The position numbers and the translations under genes are program-made. A stretch of DNA of 64,000 bases from Octopus sinensis (Eukaryota). A model generated the notes under the pieces. It ran no database searches. It saw only the letters and a program-made list of their open reading frames with translations, and was not told the DNA's origin. Position 1 is the first letter of the stretch. Each line of letters opens with the position of its first letter. Positions 35,868-49,784 of this stretch are shown here, one piece after another. The stretch lies in the NCBI RefSeq assembly GCF_006345805.1, contig NC_043003.1, positions 30,008,001-30,072,000 of the forward strand. Direction: 5' to 3'.

Positions 35868-35935
35868 TATATGGAAATGTGTAATGTTGATAGGCCTTAT
35901 ACAAGACACAGGATGGTCATTGCTGAACTACCTTT

Positions 35936-36178
35936 AAACCCTTTAATACTAACCCAGCTCTGACTGTGTAATACAAATGTCTCTGAATGTGTAGTACAAA
36001 TGTCTTGTCTTCAAAAGTTCTGAATTAAAATCTTTCACCAAACATTAGCCACAATTTATGTTCCTAACACTAGCTTAATGATAACTAAGTTATTTTACTA
36101 AATTCTTTGTTATATTTAAAATTAATTGAGAGAAACACAGAGCATCCCAACAGAAACATGGTAACAAAAGGGTTAATC
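35936..36178. mobile_element. piggyBac-like MITE (TTAA-CCCTT ends)
   Basis: ttaaaccctttaatact ... ggtaacaaaagggttaa. Confidence 0.5.
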
Positions 36179-36649
36179 ATCTGTTCAATAAGAGGTGACT
36201 TAAGGTTAAGCAACAAACACCTCATCAATCACATCATCCAACTAACCATTCATCACCACCATCATCATTATCATTATGGGTGGATTGTTTGATGAGGTGT
36301 TTAATCCTTAGTCATCTCTGATTGAGCTGACTTATGATTTAAAGGTAGTCTAGCAATGAATATCTTGTTCTTTTGAGTATTAAAGACCACATTGTCTAAT
36401 GTATCCATCTTTCTTTTTTAAAGATGTTGAGGGAGACTTTGCTGATATTTCTAATATGGTGCGCAATTGCATAAAGGATTATGTTGAATGAGGTAGAATT
36501 TATAAGTTCATAAAGAAAAACTAAATATTATGTAGCATCAGTTATATGTAACACGATATGGCATAGAAGAACATAAAATACAGAAGTGATATCTAACCAA
36601 TAAGAAATGTATAGCATAGAAGACAACCAGAAGTTCCTTTGGGATAACT

Positions 36650-37075
36650 CGCTAAGAGCTAGAGACCAAATCTGTGGCTGGTGTAAAATCCCAGCTAAAC
36701 CAACAGTAACATTGTGAAAAAGGGTGGTTGACAGAGTTATAAAAGCAAAAAGACAAGCCTGGAATATTAGAAGGATGGGAGTAGCAGAGAATTATACCAG
36801 GTAGCTGGAAGAGAAGCTAGGAGACAGGTTTACACAGCAAAGGGAGAAGCAAAAAGGAGGTGATTTGCTAATGTTCTCTACAGCATGAAGTTAGAGACAC
36901 AAGTGTTCTAAATTGCAAGGCAGAATGTCAGAGGATATCAAGATGTTGTGGATAAATAATGGTATGCTTGCACTTGGTAGTTCTGAAATGAAAAAGACAT
37001 GGAAATGCTACTATGAAAGGCTATTTAACTTAGAGAATGACTGGGAGAAAAAGTCTTCCTTATGTTGACCATGCT
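36650..37075 (+). mobile_element. RTE ORF2 fragment (EN-RT linker)
   Basis: VDRVIKAKRQAW..REARRQVYTAKGEAK..KKTWKCYYERLFNLENDW, with frameshifts. Confidence 0.7.
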
Positions 37076-38965
37076 ATCTTGTTTGGTATATTCATTGATT
37101 TATAGGATGTTAGCCTAATATATGAAAGTTTGGCAGGTTGAGCAGCCAAGAATAGGCTCATTCATTGTTTTTCCTTCTTGACAATATATCAGAAAAACTG
37201 TAATTTTTGTTAAACTACTGTACTTTTAAGACAGCCACTTCTCACCTGACAATTTATCACTTCTTCCAAATTTTACTCAGTTGCTTTTTGCTTTTACATC
37301 CTTCCACAGTTCATCAGTCTACAAAGTGTTCTTACATGTAACCAGACATGAATTCTATTGTAATTACTTCAATGATTATAATAAACTTTGGTTGGGTGGT
37401 AAAAATGCACAATATTCTGATCTGGTTTATTGACTCTCTTTATCTTGTTTGGAGCACCATTATGTCTATATATGGATTTTATCACTTTATCCATGCCTAG
37501 GTTTCTAATTGGTCATCAGACAGCAGGGACCTGTCAAAGACATTTTCTAAGTCCACAAAAATCATGTAATTTTGTTAGTTCTCAGCTAACTATACCAGCT
37601 AGCTCATTAGAAATATATGGTTTCAGTGAGCCCATGTCTTTGTACAAAACTCAAAGTATACCCTATCTAACTGTAAACAGTCTCATACTAATTTCCTAAT
37701 GACTATTTATTGTATTGCTTAACACTTGTACTTTCTTCTCTGTAAAATATCTGATTGTGGATGATAATGAGTCTACCACAGTCATTTGCAAAGACACCTT
37801 CTTGTACAAACAATGGTAAACTAAATAAGTAGCAGGTACTTTCCTGTACAAACTAAGTGTCTTCTACTATAGCCTGGAACTGACCAAAACTTTGTAATGG
37901 ATTTGATAGATAGAAACTAAAAGAAGCCATCCTATAAGTGAGAATTATTTTTCTCCATGGTAAAATGCAGGTAAATTGCCTTCAAAAGTTAAAATATGTC
38001 ACAAATATATTTGAACTAACCTAAAGTTTGTATATTTCTTATCATTGCTTAGTACTACTACTAATATATTTGTTCTGACTGGGTATTGGCAAAATCTTCA
38101 TTTGGATATAGGAACTAATAGCAAAGTACACCTAACATTTATCATACAGCTTAGCCTTTATGTATTCTACTACCCATTCCTTTCTACTCCTTACAAACTC
38201 ATAGTTATATTTAAAAACTTTATTTACTTTACTATTCCATCCTTGTCATATACTGCCTATGTGTGGTCCTGCTCTAATTATGGAATTAGTTCTTGACTTG
38301 CAGCATGTTTTATCAAAATCCAAATCTCTGTTATACTGCAATTCTTTATCAAAAATTTAGATTTCCAATAGATGTTACTAATTCCAATAAAAGCTATTTT
38401 CAACTTCTACATCCCCCTTTTCTAAGTTATAGTTCTATTCTCAAATTGATAATTTGAAATATTTATTTTATTTTTGAATTGACATGTTGAATACAATAAC
38501 TTGCAAACAAAACCATTTCAGTTAAAGAATAAAAAAATCTTACAGTAAATCACCTTTCTTCCAAACTTATTGCATAAACAACTGATATAGATTATTGCAG
38601 CTTAAATTCACAAAGACAAAAGTAATTGAATCATAATACACAACTATCAACTGTTTGTAACATCAAAATAGTGACAAATGTGTGAAATCAGATCAGATAT
38701 TTATATTAATCCAAAGTGAATCAATAAAGAGGTTTATGAATTTATATAAAGTTTAATCATACATATCATAACTTCTTTTATTTACACTGATTTTCTACCA
38801 ATGAAATGGCCCCATTGACACAAGTAAGTCCAAATTTATTTGCATTGTAGAAGGTTCAGTTCAACATTATATCATTATTGCATAGTACTAACTGCCTCAT
38901 AGGAATTCCATTGTGGTTTCCTGAAATAATAATTGGTATAATTTATTCAAAGTAATTCTATTTTT

Positions 38966-40204
38966 TCATGTCTTGTCTTTCAAGTGATTTTGTCTATGAC
39001 TACTCAAACTACCATTTTTTGGGAATGTTTCTCCACATATATCACAATGATATGATTTTTCACCTGTGTGAATACGTCTATGTCGAGTTAAATGTTGATT
39101 ATCAGAGAAGGTTTTACCACAAATATCACAATAATATGGTTTTTCACCTGTGTGAACACGCACATGTAGTGTCAAATGACTGCTCTGGGAGAACGTTTTG
39201 CCACAGATATCACAGTGGTATGGTTTTTCACCTGTGTGAACACGTACATGTAGTGTCAGGTGACTACTCTGAGTGAATGTTTTACCACAGATATCACAGT
39301 GGTATGGTTTCTCACCAGTGTGAATGCGTTTGTGTTTAGATAATTTACTACTGTCAGAAAAGGTTTTCCCACAGATATCACAGTGGAATGGTTTCTCTCC
39401 TGTGTGAATTCGTTTGTGACTCGTCAGAGTACCATTCTCAGAGAAGGTTTTCCCACAAATATCACAGTGGTATGGTTTCTCTCCTGTGTGAATTCGTTTA
39501 TGAGTAGTCAGAGTACCATTTTCAGAAAATGCTTTCCCACAGACATCACAACGATATGGTTTTTCACCAGTGTGAACATATTTATGACTACTCAAATAAG
39601 AATTTCGGGAAAATGTTTTTGCGCAAATACCACACTGATATGGTTTCTCTCCTGTGTGAATACGTTTATGAATAGTTAAGCTATTACTATGGGAGAATGT
39701 TTTGCTGCAAATATCACAGTGATATGGTTTCTCTCCTGAGTGAATATATTTGTGTCTAGTCAAATGACCATACTGAGTGAATGTTTTGCCACAAATATCA
39801 CAATGATATGGCTTTTCACCAGTATGAATACGTCTATGATTAGTTAAAGTGCTACTTTCAGAGAAATTTCTACCACAGATATCACAATGATGTGGTCTCT
39901 CACCTGTGTGACTGTATCTATGACTAGTTAAATAACACTTTCGAGAGAATGTTTTATTACAAATATCACAATGAAATGGTTTCTCACCAGTGTGAATATA
40001 TTTGTGAACTGTTAAACTACTATTATAAGAAAATGATTTACCACAGATATTACAGTGGTATGGATTCTCAGCAGAATGAACAGCTTGGTGTCTTGTTAAG
40101 TGACTATATTTAAAGAATGTTTTACCACAGGTTACACATTGATAAATGTTCTCATCTATGTAAATATATTTATGAATAGGTAAAGAATTGCTTTTAGCAA
40201 TCAT
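38966..40204 (-). CDS. C2H2 zinc-finger protein B (14 fingers, 412 aa)
   Basis: Open array of 14 fingers from ATG 40204. Acceptor tatttcAG at 40874-40873. Confidence 0.93.
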   Translation of the reverse strand: MIAKSNSLPIHKYIYIDENIYQCVTCGKTFFKYSHLTRHQAVHSAENPYHCNICGKSFSYNSSLTVHKYIHTGEKPFHCDICNKTFSRKCYLTSHRYSHTGERPHHCDICGRNFSESSTLTNHRRIHTGEKPYHCDICGKTFTQYGHLTRHKYIHSGEKPYHCDICSKTFSHSNSLTIHKRIHTGEKPYQCGICAKTFSRNSYLSSHKYVHTGEKPYRCDVCGKAFSENGTLTTHKRIHTGEKPYHCDICGKTFSENGTLTSHKRIHTGEKPFHCDICGKTFSDSSKLSKHKRIHTGEKPYHCDICGKTFTQSSHLTLHVRVHTGEKPYHCDICGKTFSQSSHLTLHVRVHTGEKPYYCDICGKTFSDNQHLTRHRRIHTGEKSYHCDICGETFPKNGSLSSHRQNHLKDKT

Positions 40205-41475
40205 TTTACTATAAGTCTCACAATGTTTAAGATTTTAAGCTTGTATGAATTCATTTTTAATCAAGTACATTATTAGATTGTGTGAATATCTTCCTACAGG
40301 CATTGGAGTGTTGAGATTTTTTTTTGTATTTACACATGAGATACAAAACTAGATTCTGACTGCATTTGATTGTGAACCTTTCTTTCACACAATTTCTCCT
40401 CCACAAGTTTCCTCCTTCTTTTATAATATATATTTCCTTTTTGTAAATTTAGTTAAATTTCAGATGTCTCATGAAGAAGAATATATATATTATATGAAAC
40501 TTTCAATAAATACTGAAGATTACAATATATATTCTCTGGGTGTAAAATGTGATGTTTCACAAAGTCTGTAGATGTCTTAGTCATAAAGAAACAGTTTCAA
40601 GATATTTTATTAGGACAGTTATTTTTCTTTTTCCTTCAATCTTGGAATTAAAAACAAGTAAACTGACTCTAGCTTTGAAGAGACGCCTAGATATGAAAGA
40701 TATTATACGTATCCCTTTATAACTATAACTTAAATTTCACAGAAACCTAATCAAGGTTATAAAGAACAGTTAATTAGGTTCCTTGATAATGTCTGTCTTC
40801 CATTTTCAAAATCTGAAGTATTTCTTGATATATCTTGAATCAGCAATTACCATTTCAATATCACCACAAACTCTGAAATAAAGAATATAAAGTAGAAAGG
40901 ATACTGAAAACTGAGCATGAGGGTTATTAAGCAGGGGAGACTTCAACAGAGACACGAGATGACAGAATGATAATAATAAAAAGGCTCAGAAAACATCTCC
41001 ATAAGAAAGAGATAATAGAATGGATATGTAGCACAAATGGATGATGTGGTGTGTGAATGGGGACATTAGAAATGAGTTAATGATAAGCTACACACAGATG
41101 TCAAAAGAATAGCATAATTAAGGATCATAAACATGACAATATAAGGCTGGGAAGCTTAGACAAGAATAAGATCATTGAAATTCTAGTTCTAATCACTTCT
41201 GATAACAGATCTTTAGTAACAGCTTGATATCAATGTTGAGATGTCAGTTTATATGTATAGATGTGTGTATGTGTGTACTAAGAAGTTTCCTTCCTAACCA
41301 CATGGTTCTGGTTCAGTCACATGGCATGGTACCATGGATAAGCATCTTCTACTATAGTTCCAGGCTGACAAAAGTCTTGGGTGTGCATTTGGTAGTCAGA
41401 AACTGAAAGAAGCTCATCATATGTTTATTTATATGTGTGTGTGCATGTGCTACTGTCTCCTTTTTTTGATATCAC

Positions 41476-41781
41476 ACTAGCAGTATCGCCCGACGTTGCT
41501 CGGGTTTGTAAGGGAAATAACAATATAAACATTTTTAGAGAGTTACTTCCCTTATATAAACCGAGCAAAAAAACGCATTAAAAAAAACGAAAATATGATG
41601 GTAAATTTTTTTTTAAATCGTAGACTCATCGTAGACGCGCACTAATACTCAGAAGGGCTCGATATGAATCACGACAATAAGATACCCGCTTTTGGTTAAA
41701 CTGCACCACAAAATGTGCAGTTTAATGTGCAAAATCGGAGGAGACAGACTCTCACACAACTTCAGTTTTATATATAAAGAT
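41476..41781 (+). mobile_element. Helentron-associated non-autonomous element (HINE/DINE-1-like)
   Basis: Starts actagcagtatcgcccgacgttgctcggg and ends cttcagttttatatataaagat, which are typical termini. It interrupts an RTE-tail repeat. Confidence 0.65.
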
Positions 41782-43039
41782 AAAAGTTGTAAATGAGTGT
41801 TAGTGTCATGCAAGCAGCACTCTTTATTTCCCATATTCCATGAAAACATGTCTGGTGATGGGGAAATATTATCTCACTTGAAAACAGGTAAGGGTTGGTG
41901 ACAGGAAGGACAGCTGGCCATACAAAACCTGCCTCAACAAATTTCGAGTAACCGATGTAAGCAAAGAAATAAATGGATATTGAAATGATGAGATGATATA
42001 TATATATATTTTTACACACACACACACATGTATGTATATACACCTGTGTCATTATAACTTTTATATCCACATTCCATGCTGGTATTGGATGAATCAGTTC
42101 TTATTTGGAGTTACCGCTCTCACAGATGGGTCAGGAGATTGTCTCACTTGTACATTCCATTTTTGACATGGCTTCTATGGCTGTATGCTGCTATTCCTAA
42201 CACTAACCACTTTACTGAGTGTAATTGGATTATTTTATCAAAGCACCAACTCAAGGGAGGTTGTGGTGTCCCCAACCAGACTAAAGAGTCTTCTCATCTC
42301 TGAATTGCCTCTACCCTTTTGTCATCCACTTTACAGAATGTACTAGCATATTTTACCATAGTACAAGCCCTGATGAGGTTGCACCGTGCAAGGCTAAAGA
42401 GTCCTCACTACCCAACAATGTTTCTGCTCACTCAAGGTAATATGATCAAGAGGGTAAATAGGAGTGAGAGTAATGACAGAGGAAGAACAAGGGTGAATGA
42501 AAGAAGACAACAAGAATATAGAAAAGGAAACAGAATATGAGAAAATAATGAAATAAAGAGAGTGATAGCCGCTACATGTTTGCTTGTGTGAGACAAAATA
42601 AGAGACAAAGATACAGAGAAAGAGAAACTGAGTGGTTGAAACTAATAGAGATGGGTGGTGGTAAGAGAAAATGATGAATAGTAAGAGTGAGTGGGATAGT
42701 GAGGAAGTAGTAATAACTAATGACACAAAAAATGATGGTAGTAAGTATTGGTTATGATCTAACATAATCCTTTACAAATAAGTATGTTGCAAAGAGAGAG
42801 GTTGAATAAGGATGGAAAGAGGTTTTGAATCTGCTCATTATCCAGACAGCATGGCACTGTGAACCGAAAAGATACTCAGTGTCAGAGAAATTAGATGGTT
42901 GGATAGAACCATTGCTATCTTTAGTCATACTTGCTGCATAGTACAATGAATAGAAGAAAAAAGTGAGTGATAGAGAGTTGAGAGAATTAAAAAAGTGATG
43001 GGACACATTAAGCAAGAGACCTAAAATGTAGGTATATTA

Positions 43040-43560
43040 TATCTCCCAATTTCCTTCATTCACTCCATTTTAATGCTTGCTCTGCCATGCCTTTATGGGT
43101 ATTCTCCAGCACCAAATCTTGCAACACAGTCCCTTCTTATATCCATCAAGAGGCTGAACATATTGAGGTCAGTTTTCACCACTTCATCTCATATCTTCTT
43201 AGGTCATTCTCGTCCACAAGTTCAATTCACTATGAGTGTTCTGCTTTGTACAGCTGCCACCCTCCATATACATCTGCCCCAGAATAAACTTTATCCTTGC
43301 CTCTTATTCTCAGATTTTCTTTCATACATACTAACATTACACATCTAGAAAATCAAGCTTGCTTCATCTCTTTCTGCCAATCTCAAATCGTCTCTATTTA
43401 AGAACCACGTCTAGCAATTGTGCAGCATCACAGTTTGTATACAAGTATCATACAATCTACCTTTTACTTTGAAAGGGAAATACCACTTTGTTTACCAGTG
43501 GATGTAATAGCTCACTGATCTTTTTCCAACTTGATTTTACTCAGGTTGTTGCACTTTTGA
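43040..43560 (-). mobile_element. decayed RTE ORF2 3' fragment
   Basis: The reverse strand resembles the RTE C-terminal region seen at 46995-47300. Confidence 0.5.
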
Positions 43561-45283
43561 AACCACCAACTTCATTATATATTAGGTCACCGAAGTGAAA
43601 AAAACAACAACACAGAACAAACAAAAAAAGCCAACTTCTAAGGTACTATTTGGACGTTTGAAAGTCTGTTTCACATGTGTACTTGTGTTTACATGTAAAT
43701 TTGTTGCTGAGCTTTTTGCTGACTGAACTTCTGTACCTTGCTTGTGAGACTTACAAGTCATTCATCACTTGCGAGCTTCTTCAATATTCAGCAAATTACA
43801 GTGTGGATGCCTTCGGTAGCAACCACCACATTACAAAAATTGAACCCAGTCATAGATCTTCTATAATGGAATAGGAGAAACGAGTTGTTTTTGACAGCGA
43901 AAGTGAACACAACAGTGACAAAATATACGTAGATGAGTGCTAAAGCATCATAGGAAGGAAACGTAGATCCAATGGGTCTTTTTTTATATTTTACATGAAT
44001 ATATAATTCATGAAGAATTCGATGACAAAAGTTTAAAATAAACACATTCACCAATCTGTTATTACTGCAGGCGTTCTTTTTATTCCGGAAGTGATTTTGT
44101 CCAGCATCGGATCATATAATATACCCAGAGTTAATCAATTTGTAGCATCTCCGTTTCTCTAACCAGTTTCAATTTATCGTGTACATCATTCAATTTAAAA
44201 TGTAACTGTGAAAGTGCAAAATCAAACGTAGTCATCGCACCTATAGAAATTGCAGGATAGATGATTCGAGTAACTAAAATCGTCTTTCTCTACAGGGAAA
44301 AGTCTATGTCATTTTTATACATGTTATAGTTTAATTATCGTACGATTCCTCATGCGAGCAGTTCAGAAAATCAGATCAGTGCACCCTAAACTCTCCTCTC
44401 CCATACACCAGCAGAGGTGGTTTAAAAAATGATTTGAATACAGAATTGGAATATTTTGTGATGCAAGCTGGAAACAATACTGCTATCATTACGAGGAATG
44501 GGATTGGATCTTTGCTTCATATAGACCAAATTAAGCCTAAACGTAGTCACTTTAAACACTAGTGTAGCTAGTGGGGGCGGTAGGGGCTGCACTTTTGGGG
44601 TCTGCTGAAGGCAATGTATTTCTTGTGGGGTCCGGGGGCAGCACACATACTAGCTACGCTAGTTACTTTAAATAAGCTAGTATAATGACAAGAATGGTGA
44701 CGATACTAATTTTTCTGGTAGTGCCCCTCTTGGTATGAGAAGCACCTGTGGTAGTGACGAGGAACACTAGGGTAGAAAATGTTGTAAAGGAAATCGTAGG
44801 AATACTCGATCTATATGTGTATGAAGACCGGGAAATATGAAGATGTTAGCATAATAGAACCAAAAACGATGGCTTACCTAATTATATATTGTGTTAACAA
44901 GTCTGAGCAGAGATAAGAGACGAGAAATTACAAACAACGTAGGGAACAAACAATGGTTTTAATTGCTTTTGGATTTTTACCACAACTGATGTCTTTCGTT
45001 AAAGTGACGATAATTAAGTACAATAACACGATAAACCAAACTATTTATATACACAGAAACTGCTTTAGCAGTTGTGACAATACGTTACAATTAATGACAA
45101 ATATTTCAAAGTCATAAATAGTAAATAGTTTCTTAAACTGAGCGTCACCAATGCTTATTTTTAAATAGAAGTTAAGCCTGCGTGTAAATAACATCTCAGA
45201 ATTAATACATATTGAGGGTGGTTTCAAAGATATTTGCACTAAAACATATTCAATAATTAGCTACTGATAGTAGATTAACTTAC

Positions 45284-45455
45284 TGTTTTCTTTGTCTAAC
45301 CTCATTCTTTGATGCCACAGTATTGATAGGTGAAATAAATATATAGGTATTAACAGACATAATACACTTCTTACATATTCTTTTAGCTTAATTCACTTGT
45401 TTCACAGAAAAACGTGATCAATCTATCGAATAATAAGCCATACTTTCGTAAAACT
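45284..45455 (-). promoter_or_regulatory. promoter/non-coding exon 1 of ZNF gene B (donor at 45283; motif agccatactttcgtaaaa at 45436-45454)
   Basis: Homologous to 55944-56110 and 20428-20590. Confidence 0.7.
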
Positions 45456-46265
45456 AATTCTGCATAACTACAGATTTCGGCGGAGGTAAAGGACGAGCAC
45501 TGCACCCCATTTCGGTTTTTTTTATTCCTACAGAAACCCACTTTTTCGACTGCGGAGATTTCAAATCTGCAAAAAAAAAAAAAAAAAATTGGTGAAAGAC
45601 TTCCACTCCTCCATGTTCTCGCAAATTATTGGGTTTTTTCCCCAAAAAACAACTACGTTTTCGGATACGGAGATTCCGGAAAATTGCCAAAAAACGGAAT
45701 TTTGAAATTTCTGCCCCCCGCCCTAATTTCTTCATTTTTTTCACTTTTTTCTGTAATGCTAACCCTAACTCTAACACCCTAACCCAAACTCTAACTCTAA
45801 AACCCCAACCCTAAAACCCTAACCCTAACCCTAGGTAGAAAAATCTTTTGAAAATTTTTTCAGAATCATAATAACCGTATTTTTCCGCATATTTTGACAA
45901 AAACAATTTCTGAAAAAAATTTTGGAAATCTTTTTCAGAATCATAATCTCCGTATTTTTCCGCATATTTAGAAAAAAAAATTTCTGAAAAAAGTTTAAAA
46001 GGAAGAAATTAGGTGGGTAATTTCAAAATAACGATTTTTGCCAATTTTTTTGGAGATTCGTATTCTCCGTAGCCGAAAACGGGGGTTTATGTAGAAGAAA
46101 TATTTAAAAAAAAAAAAAAAAATGGGCTGTTCTTTGGGGGGGGGGGGACAAAAGGAAGTCTTGCCAAATTGGGTTTTTCAAAATTTTACCCCCTTTCCCC
46201 AATTTTTCACTTTTTTTAAAAAGAAATTTTGGTCAATATAAAGATCCTCACCCGGGAACAAAAAA
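45455..46265. mobile_element. non-autonomous DNA element containing a degenerate (TAACCC)n tract (45759-45833)
   Basis: Internal direct and inverted repeats. Shares cccac.tttt.gact..ggagatt and tttttcagaa..tatgattctgaaaaa blocks with 58640-58940. Confidence 0.55.
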
Positions 46266-46427
46266 ATTAAAAATTAACCAGCCTGGTGGGTGTTAACAAG
46301 TGTGTGGAAAACGAATATGAAAAAATAAAAATGCTCGCTGATGACCCTGGAGATGGGGAGGGGACTTTCGGAAAATTCACAAGATCTGATTTTTCCGTCA
46401 TAAATTCGGATAAACTGGATATATATA

Positions 46428-46827
46428 TACTCTTTACTCTTTTACTTGTTTCAGTCATTTGACTGCGGCCATGCTGGAGCACCGCCTTTAGTTGAGCAAA
46501 TCGACCCCAGGACTTATTCTTTGTAAGGCCAGTACTTATTCTATCGGTCTCTTTTGCCGAACCGCTAAGTGACGAGGACGTAAACACACCAGCATCGGTT
46601 GTCAAGCAATGCTAGGGGGACAAACACAGACACACAAACACACGCATACATATATATACATATATACGACAGGCTTCTTTCAGTTTCCGTCTACCAAATC
46701 CACTCAAAAGGCTTTGGTCAGCCCGGGGCTATAGCAGAAGACACTTGCCCAAGGTGCCACGCAGTGGGACTGAACCTGGAACCATGTGGTTGGTAAGCAA
46801 GCTACTTACCACACAGCCACTCCTGCG
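46428..46827 (-). mobile_element. octopus-type tRNA-derived SINE, near full length
   Basis: Head ggctgtgtggtaagtagcttgcttaccaaccacatggttcc.ggttcagtccc, then ggcaccttgggcaagtgtc. Near-identical to 47857 and 48648. Confidence 0.85.
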
Positions 46828-46994
46828 GCTATATATTGATTTTTTTTAATGGAATCCCACGTTTTTGGTTTATTCTTTAAAAAAAATATTTCAAGCATCA
46901 CATTTTCAACATTTCATCATGCTATCACAGTTTTGTGAGATTTGGCTGTTATTTCTAGCATGTGGATAACCTGCTTGAAGGCTTGAGGGTGTAT

Positions 46995-47845
46995 ATATAT
47001 GTCCATGCACGACAGAGTGTAAGCGCCCTGAGAGAAATGTTGGGCATTAGAAGCATTGGATGCAGCGTGCAGGAGAGACGATTACGTTGGTATGGTCATG
47101 TACTATGGATGGATGAAGAGAGATGTGTGAAGAAGTGCCACTCCCAAACTGTTGAAGGAATTTTGGGTAGAGGTAGACTCAGGAAGACATGGGACAAGGT
47201 GGTGAAGCATGACCTTCGTACGTTGAGCCTCACAGAGGCTATGACAAAAGACCAAGACCTCTGGAGACAAGCTGTGACTTCGAAGACCCAACAAATGAAG
47301 TGAGTTCATGGCTTGCAGCAGTACATAGGGCCTCACAGAGGAAATGACGAAGACCGAGACCCCTGAGATATGCTGTGACTGTGAAGACCCAACAAATGAA
47401 GTGAGTTCATGGCTCGCAGGACAGCCTGCTGTGCTAACCCTGGATCATAGAGTGACCCGCTGTTCTCAAGGAGACCTATTGAGTCAAGTTCGTTAACATC
47501 AAAATATAATTCAAATGGAAATTGTAGTTAAGATACCGGTACCGGTGACACGTAAAAAGCACTGTCCAAACGTGTCAGATGCCAGCGCCACCTGACTGGC
47601 GTCTGTGTCAGTGACACGTAAAAGCACCAACTGATCATGGCCGTTTGCCAGCCTCTTCTGGCCCCTGTGCCGGCGGCACACAAAAAACACCCTCTACACT
47701 CACGGAGTGGTTGGCGTCAGGAAGGGCATCCAGCTGTAGAAACACTGCCAAACCAGACTGGAGCCTGGTGCAGCCTTCGTGACTTACCAGACCCTGGTCA
47801 AACTGTCCAACCCATGCTAGCATGGAAAACGGATGTTAAATGATT
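46995..47845 (+). mobile_element. RTE-clade LINE 3' end (ORF2 tail and 3'UTR)
   Basis: SALREMLGI..VQERRLRWYGHV..GRGRLRKTWDKVVKHDL..LWRQAV. Contains a ~100-bp tandem duplication of the ORF end and a tail ggatgttaaatgat. Confidence 0.9.
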
Positions 47846-47856
47846 ATATATATATA

Positions 47857-48065
47857 TGGCTGTGTGGTAAGTAGCTTGCTTACCAACCACATGGATCTGG
47901 GTTCAGTCCCACTGCGTGGCACCTTGGGCAAGTGTCTTCTACTATAGCCTCGGGCTGACCAAAGCCTTGTGAGTGGATTTGGTAGACGGAAACTGAAAGA
48001 AACCTGTCATATATATGTATATACATATATGTATGTGTCTGTGTTTGTCCCCTCCCCAACATCGA
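47857..48065 (+). mobile_element. octopus-type SINE, 5' half
   Basis: Same head and body as the 46428-46827 copy. Confidence 0.85.
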
Positions 48066-48647
48066 TGGAAGTATGGTTGATGATAAATATCAGTATGGGG
48101 GATGTGGGTGAGAGAAATGATATAACACAAATTCGTAGAAGATTTCATTAAAAAATATCCATTTTTCTGAAAGTTATGATCCCCCAAATTCGGTGGGCTG
48201 GGGATTCTCTTTAAACACATAGTTTGCCTTTGGTAGGAAATATGTCATCAAAGTGGAGTGAATTACTTCTCAGACAAATTTAAAGATCCTGCATATTTAA
48301 TTCTCAACTTAAGCATCTTTTAATTCCATTTTCTTTTTATTGCAAAATGAAATAAAGTTTTTTTCCTTGCAGTCTTGCTAATCACGAATAGCACTATTTC
48401 AAACTTCCTGGGAATGATCGGCATGATGTAATTCAGAAGTTAATCATGTTAAATCCCACCTTCTATGAAGTTACAGATTTTTGAGGGACGATAACAGACA
48501 TGAAATAGTTCAAAAAACATTTTTCGTGCTTTGTTTCTTTCTGCTTTTTCTTTCTAATTTGTCAGCTGTTCAGCAGTCATCTTCCTTTATGTTCTTCAAT
48601 GGCTGCACTAATTCTGTGTAATATATATATATTAATCTTTTATATAA

Positions 48648-49043
48648 TCTTTTACTTGTTTCAGTCATTTGACTGTGGCCATGCTGGAGCACCACCTTTA
48701 GTCGAGCAAATCAACCCCAGGACTTATTCTTTGTAAGCCTAGTACTTATTCTATCAGTCTCTTTTGCCGAACCGCTAAGTTATGGGGACGTAAACACACC
48801 GGCATCAGTTGTCAAGCGTTGTTGCGGGGACAAACTCAGATACACAAACATATACACACACACATACATTCATATATATACATATATACGACGGGCTTCT
48901 TTCAGTTTCCGTCTACCAAATCCACTCACAAGGTTTTGGTCGACCTAAGGCTATAGTAGAAGACACTTGCCCAAGGTGCCACGCAGTGGGACTGAACCCG
49001 GAACCATGTGGTTCGGAAGCAAGCTACTTACCACTCCTATGCC
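48648..49043 (-). mobile_element. octopus-type SINE, near full length
   Basis: Direct alignment to 46428-46827. Confidence 0.85.
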
Positions 49044-49784
49044 TATATATTTTTTTTTGTGTGATACAAATATGAGGAATGTCTACACTTGTTAATTGAT
49101 AAGTTTTACCAATATAGTTTAACAAAACCACTCTGAATTATTTCTATAAGTTTAAATTTGTTTAAATTATGCAAATTACCTACTCTGAGTCTCTCGGATA
49201 CAGAAGATAAAGGGACAATTTTCATGCTACTGAGGCAGAAACGGGTGACTATGTGTTCTTATCTCAAGACAATAAGTCTGCTCCTTTCCTAGTGGCATAT
49301 CAACATTGGAGAATTCTTGAGATTATTCTCCCCTTATAATATAGAGCTGATCTTGATTGGTACTTGGTAATTATGACACACACACATCCTCTAGAAACAG
49401 AGACCATTTTTATTAATTGAAAATATATGCTGTATAGTATTAGATATACTTCTGTTTGTATATGCTATTCCTTTTATTGAACTGGGTACTCATTTAGTTT
49501 TGCGGGTTTTATGTGCAGGTAGATGCATGTGACACACACTGGCCAAAGATGTACACAATTCCATATATGTATCTTAAATAGATTGATATTAATATAGTTG
49601 CTGGTTATGGCTGGCCTCCTGCCACCCACCCACTAATTTAAGAACCTAGTGATGGGTAGCAGTAAGAGGATTTTGAATTTTTATAGAGATTTTCAATGTT
49701 GCATCTCCCTATTACAATGAGCTTTGGCAGCCAGCAGATTTAAGGGACACCACTACTTAATGCTGGGACCTAATACCTGCAAAA

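Noticed and set aside
38968-39679. Antisense ORFs over the ZNF genes (also 31386-31631, 53496-54039, 62628-63431)
   Set aside because: Shadow frames of the finger repeat with no independent motif.
45759-45833. Telomere or interstitial telomeric array
   Set aside because: Short, degenerate and embedded in a repeat element.
47857-47930. tRNA genes at SINE heads (also 46750-46827, 59990-60058)
   Set aside because: They have A/B-box-like motifs, but I could not build a convincing cloverleaf, and each is attached to a multicopy SINE body.
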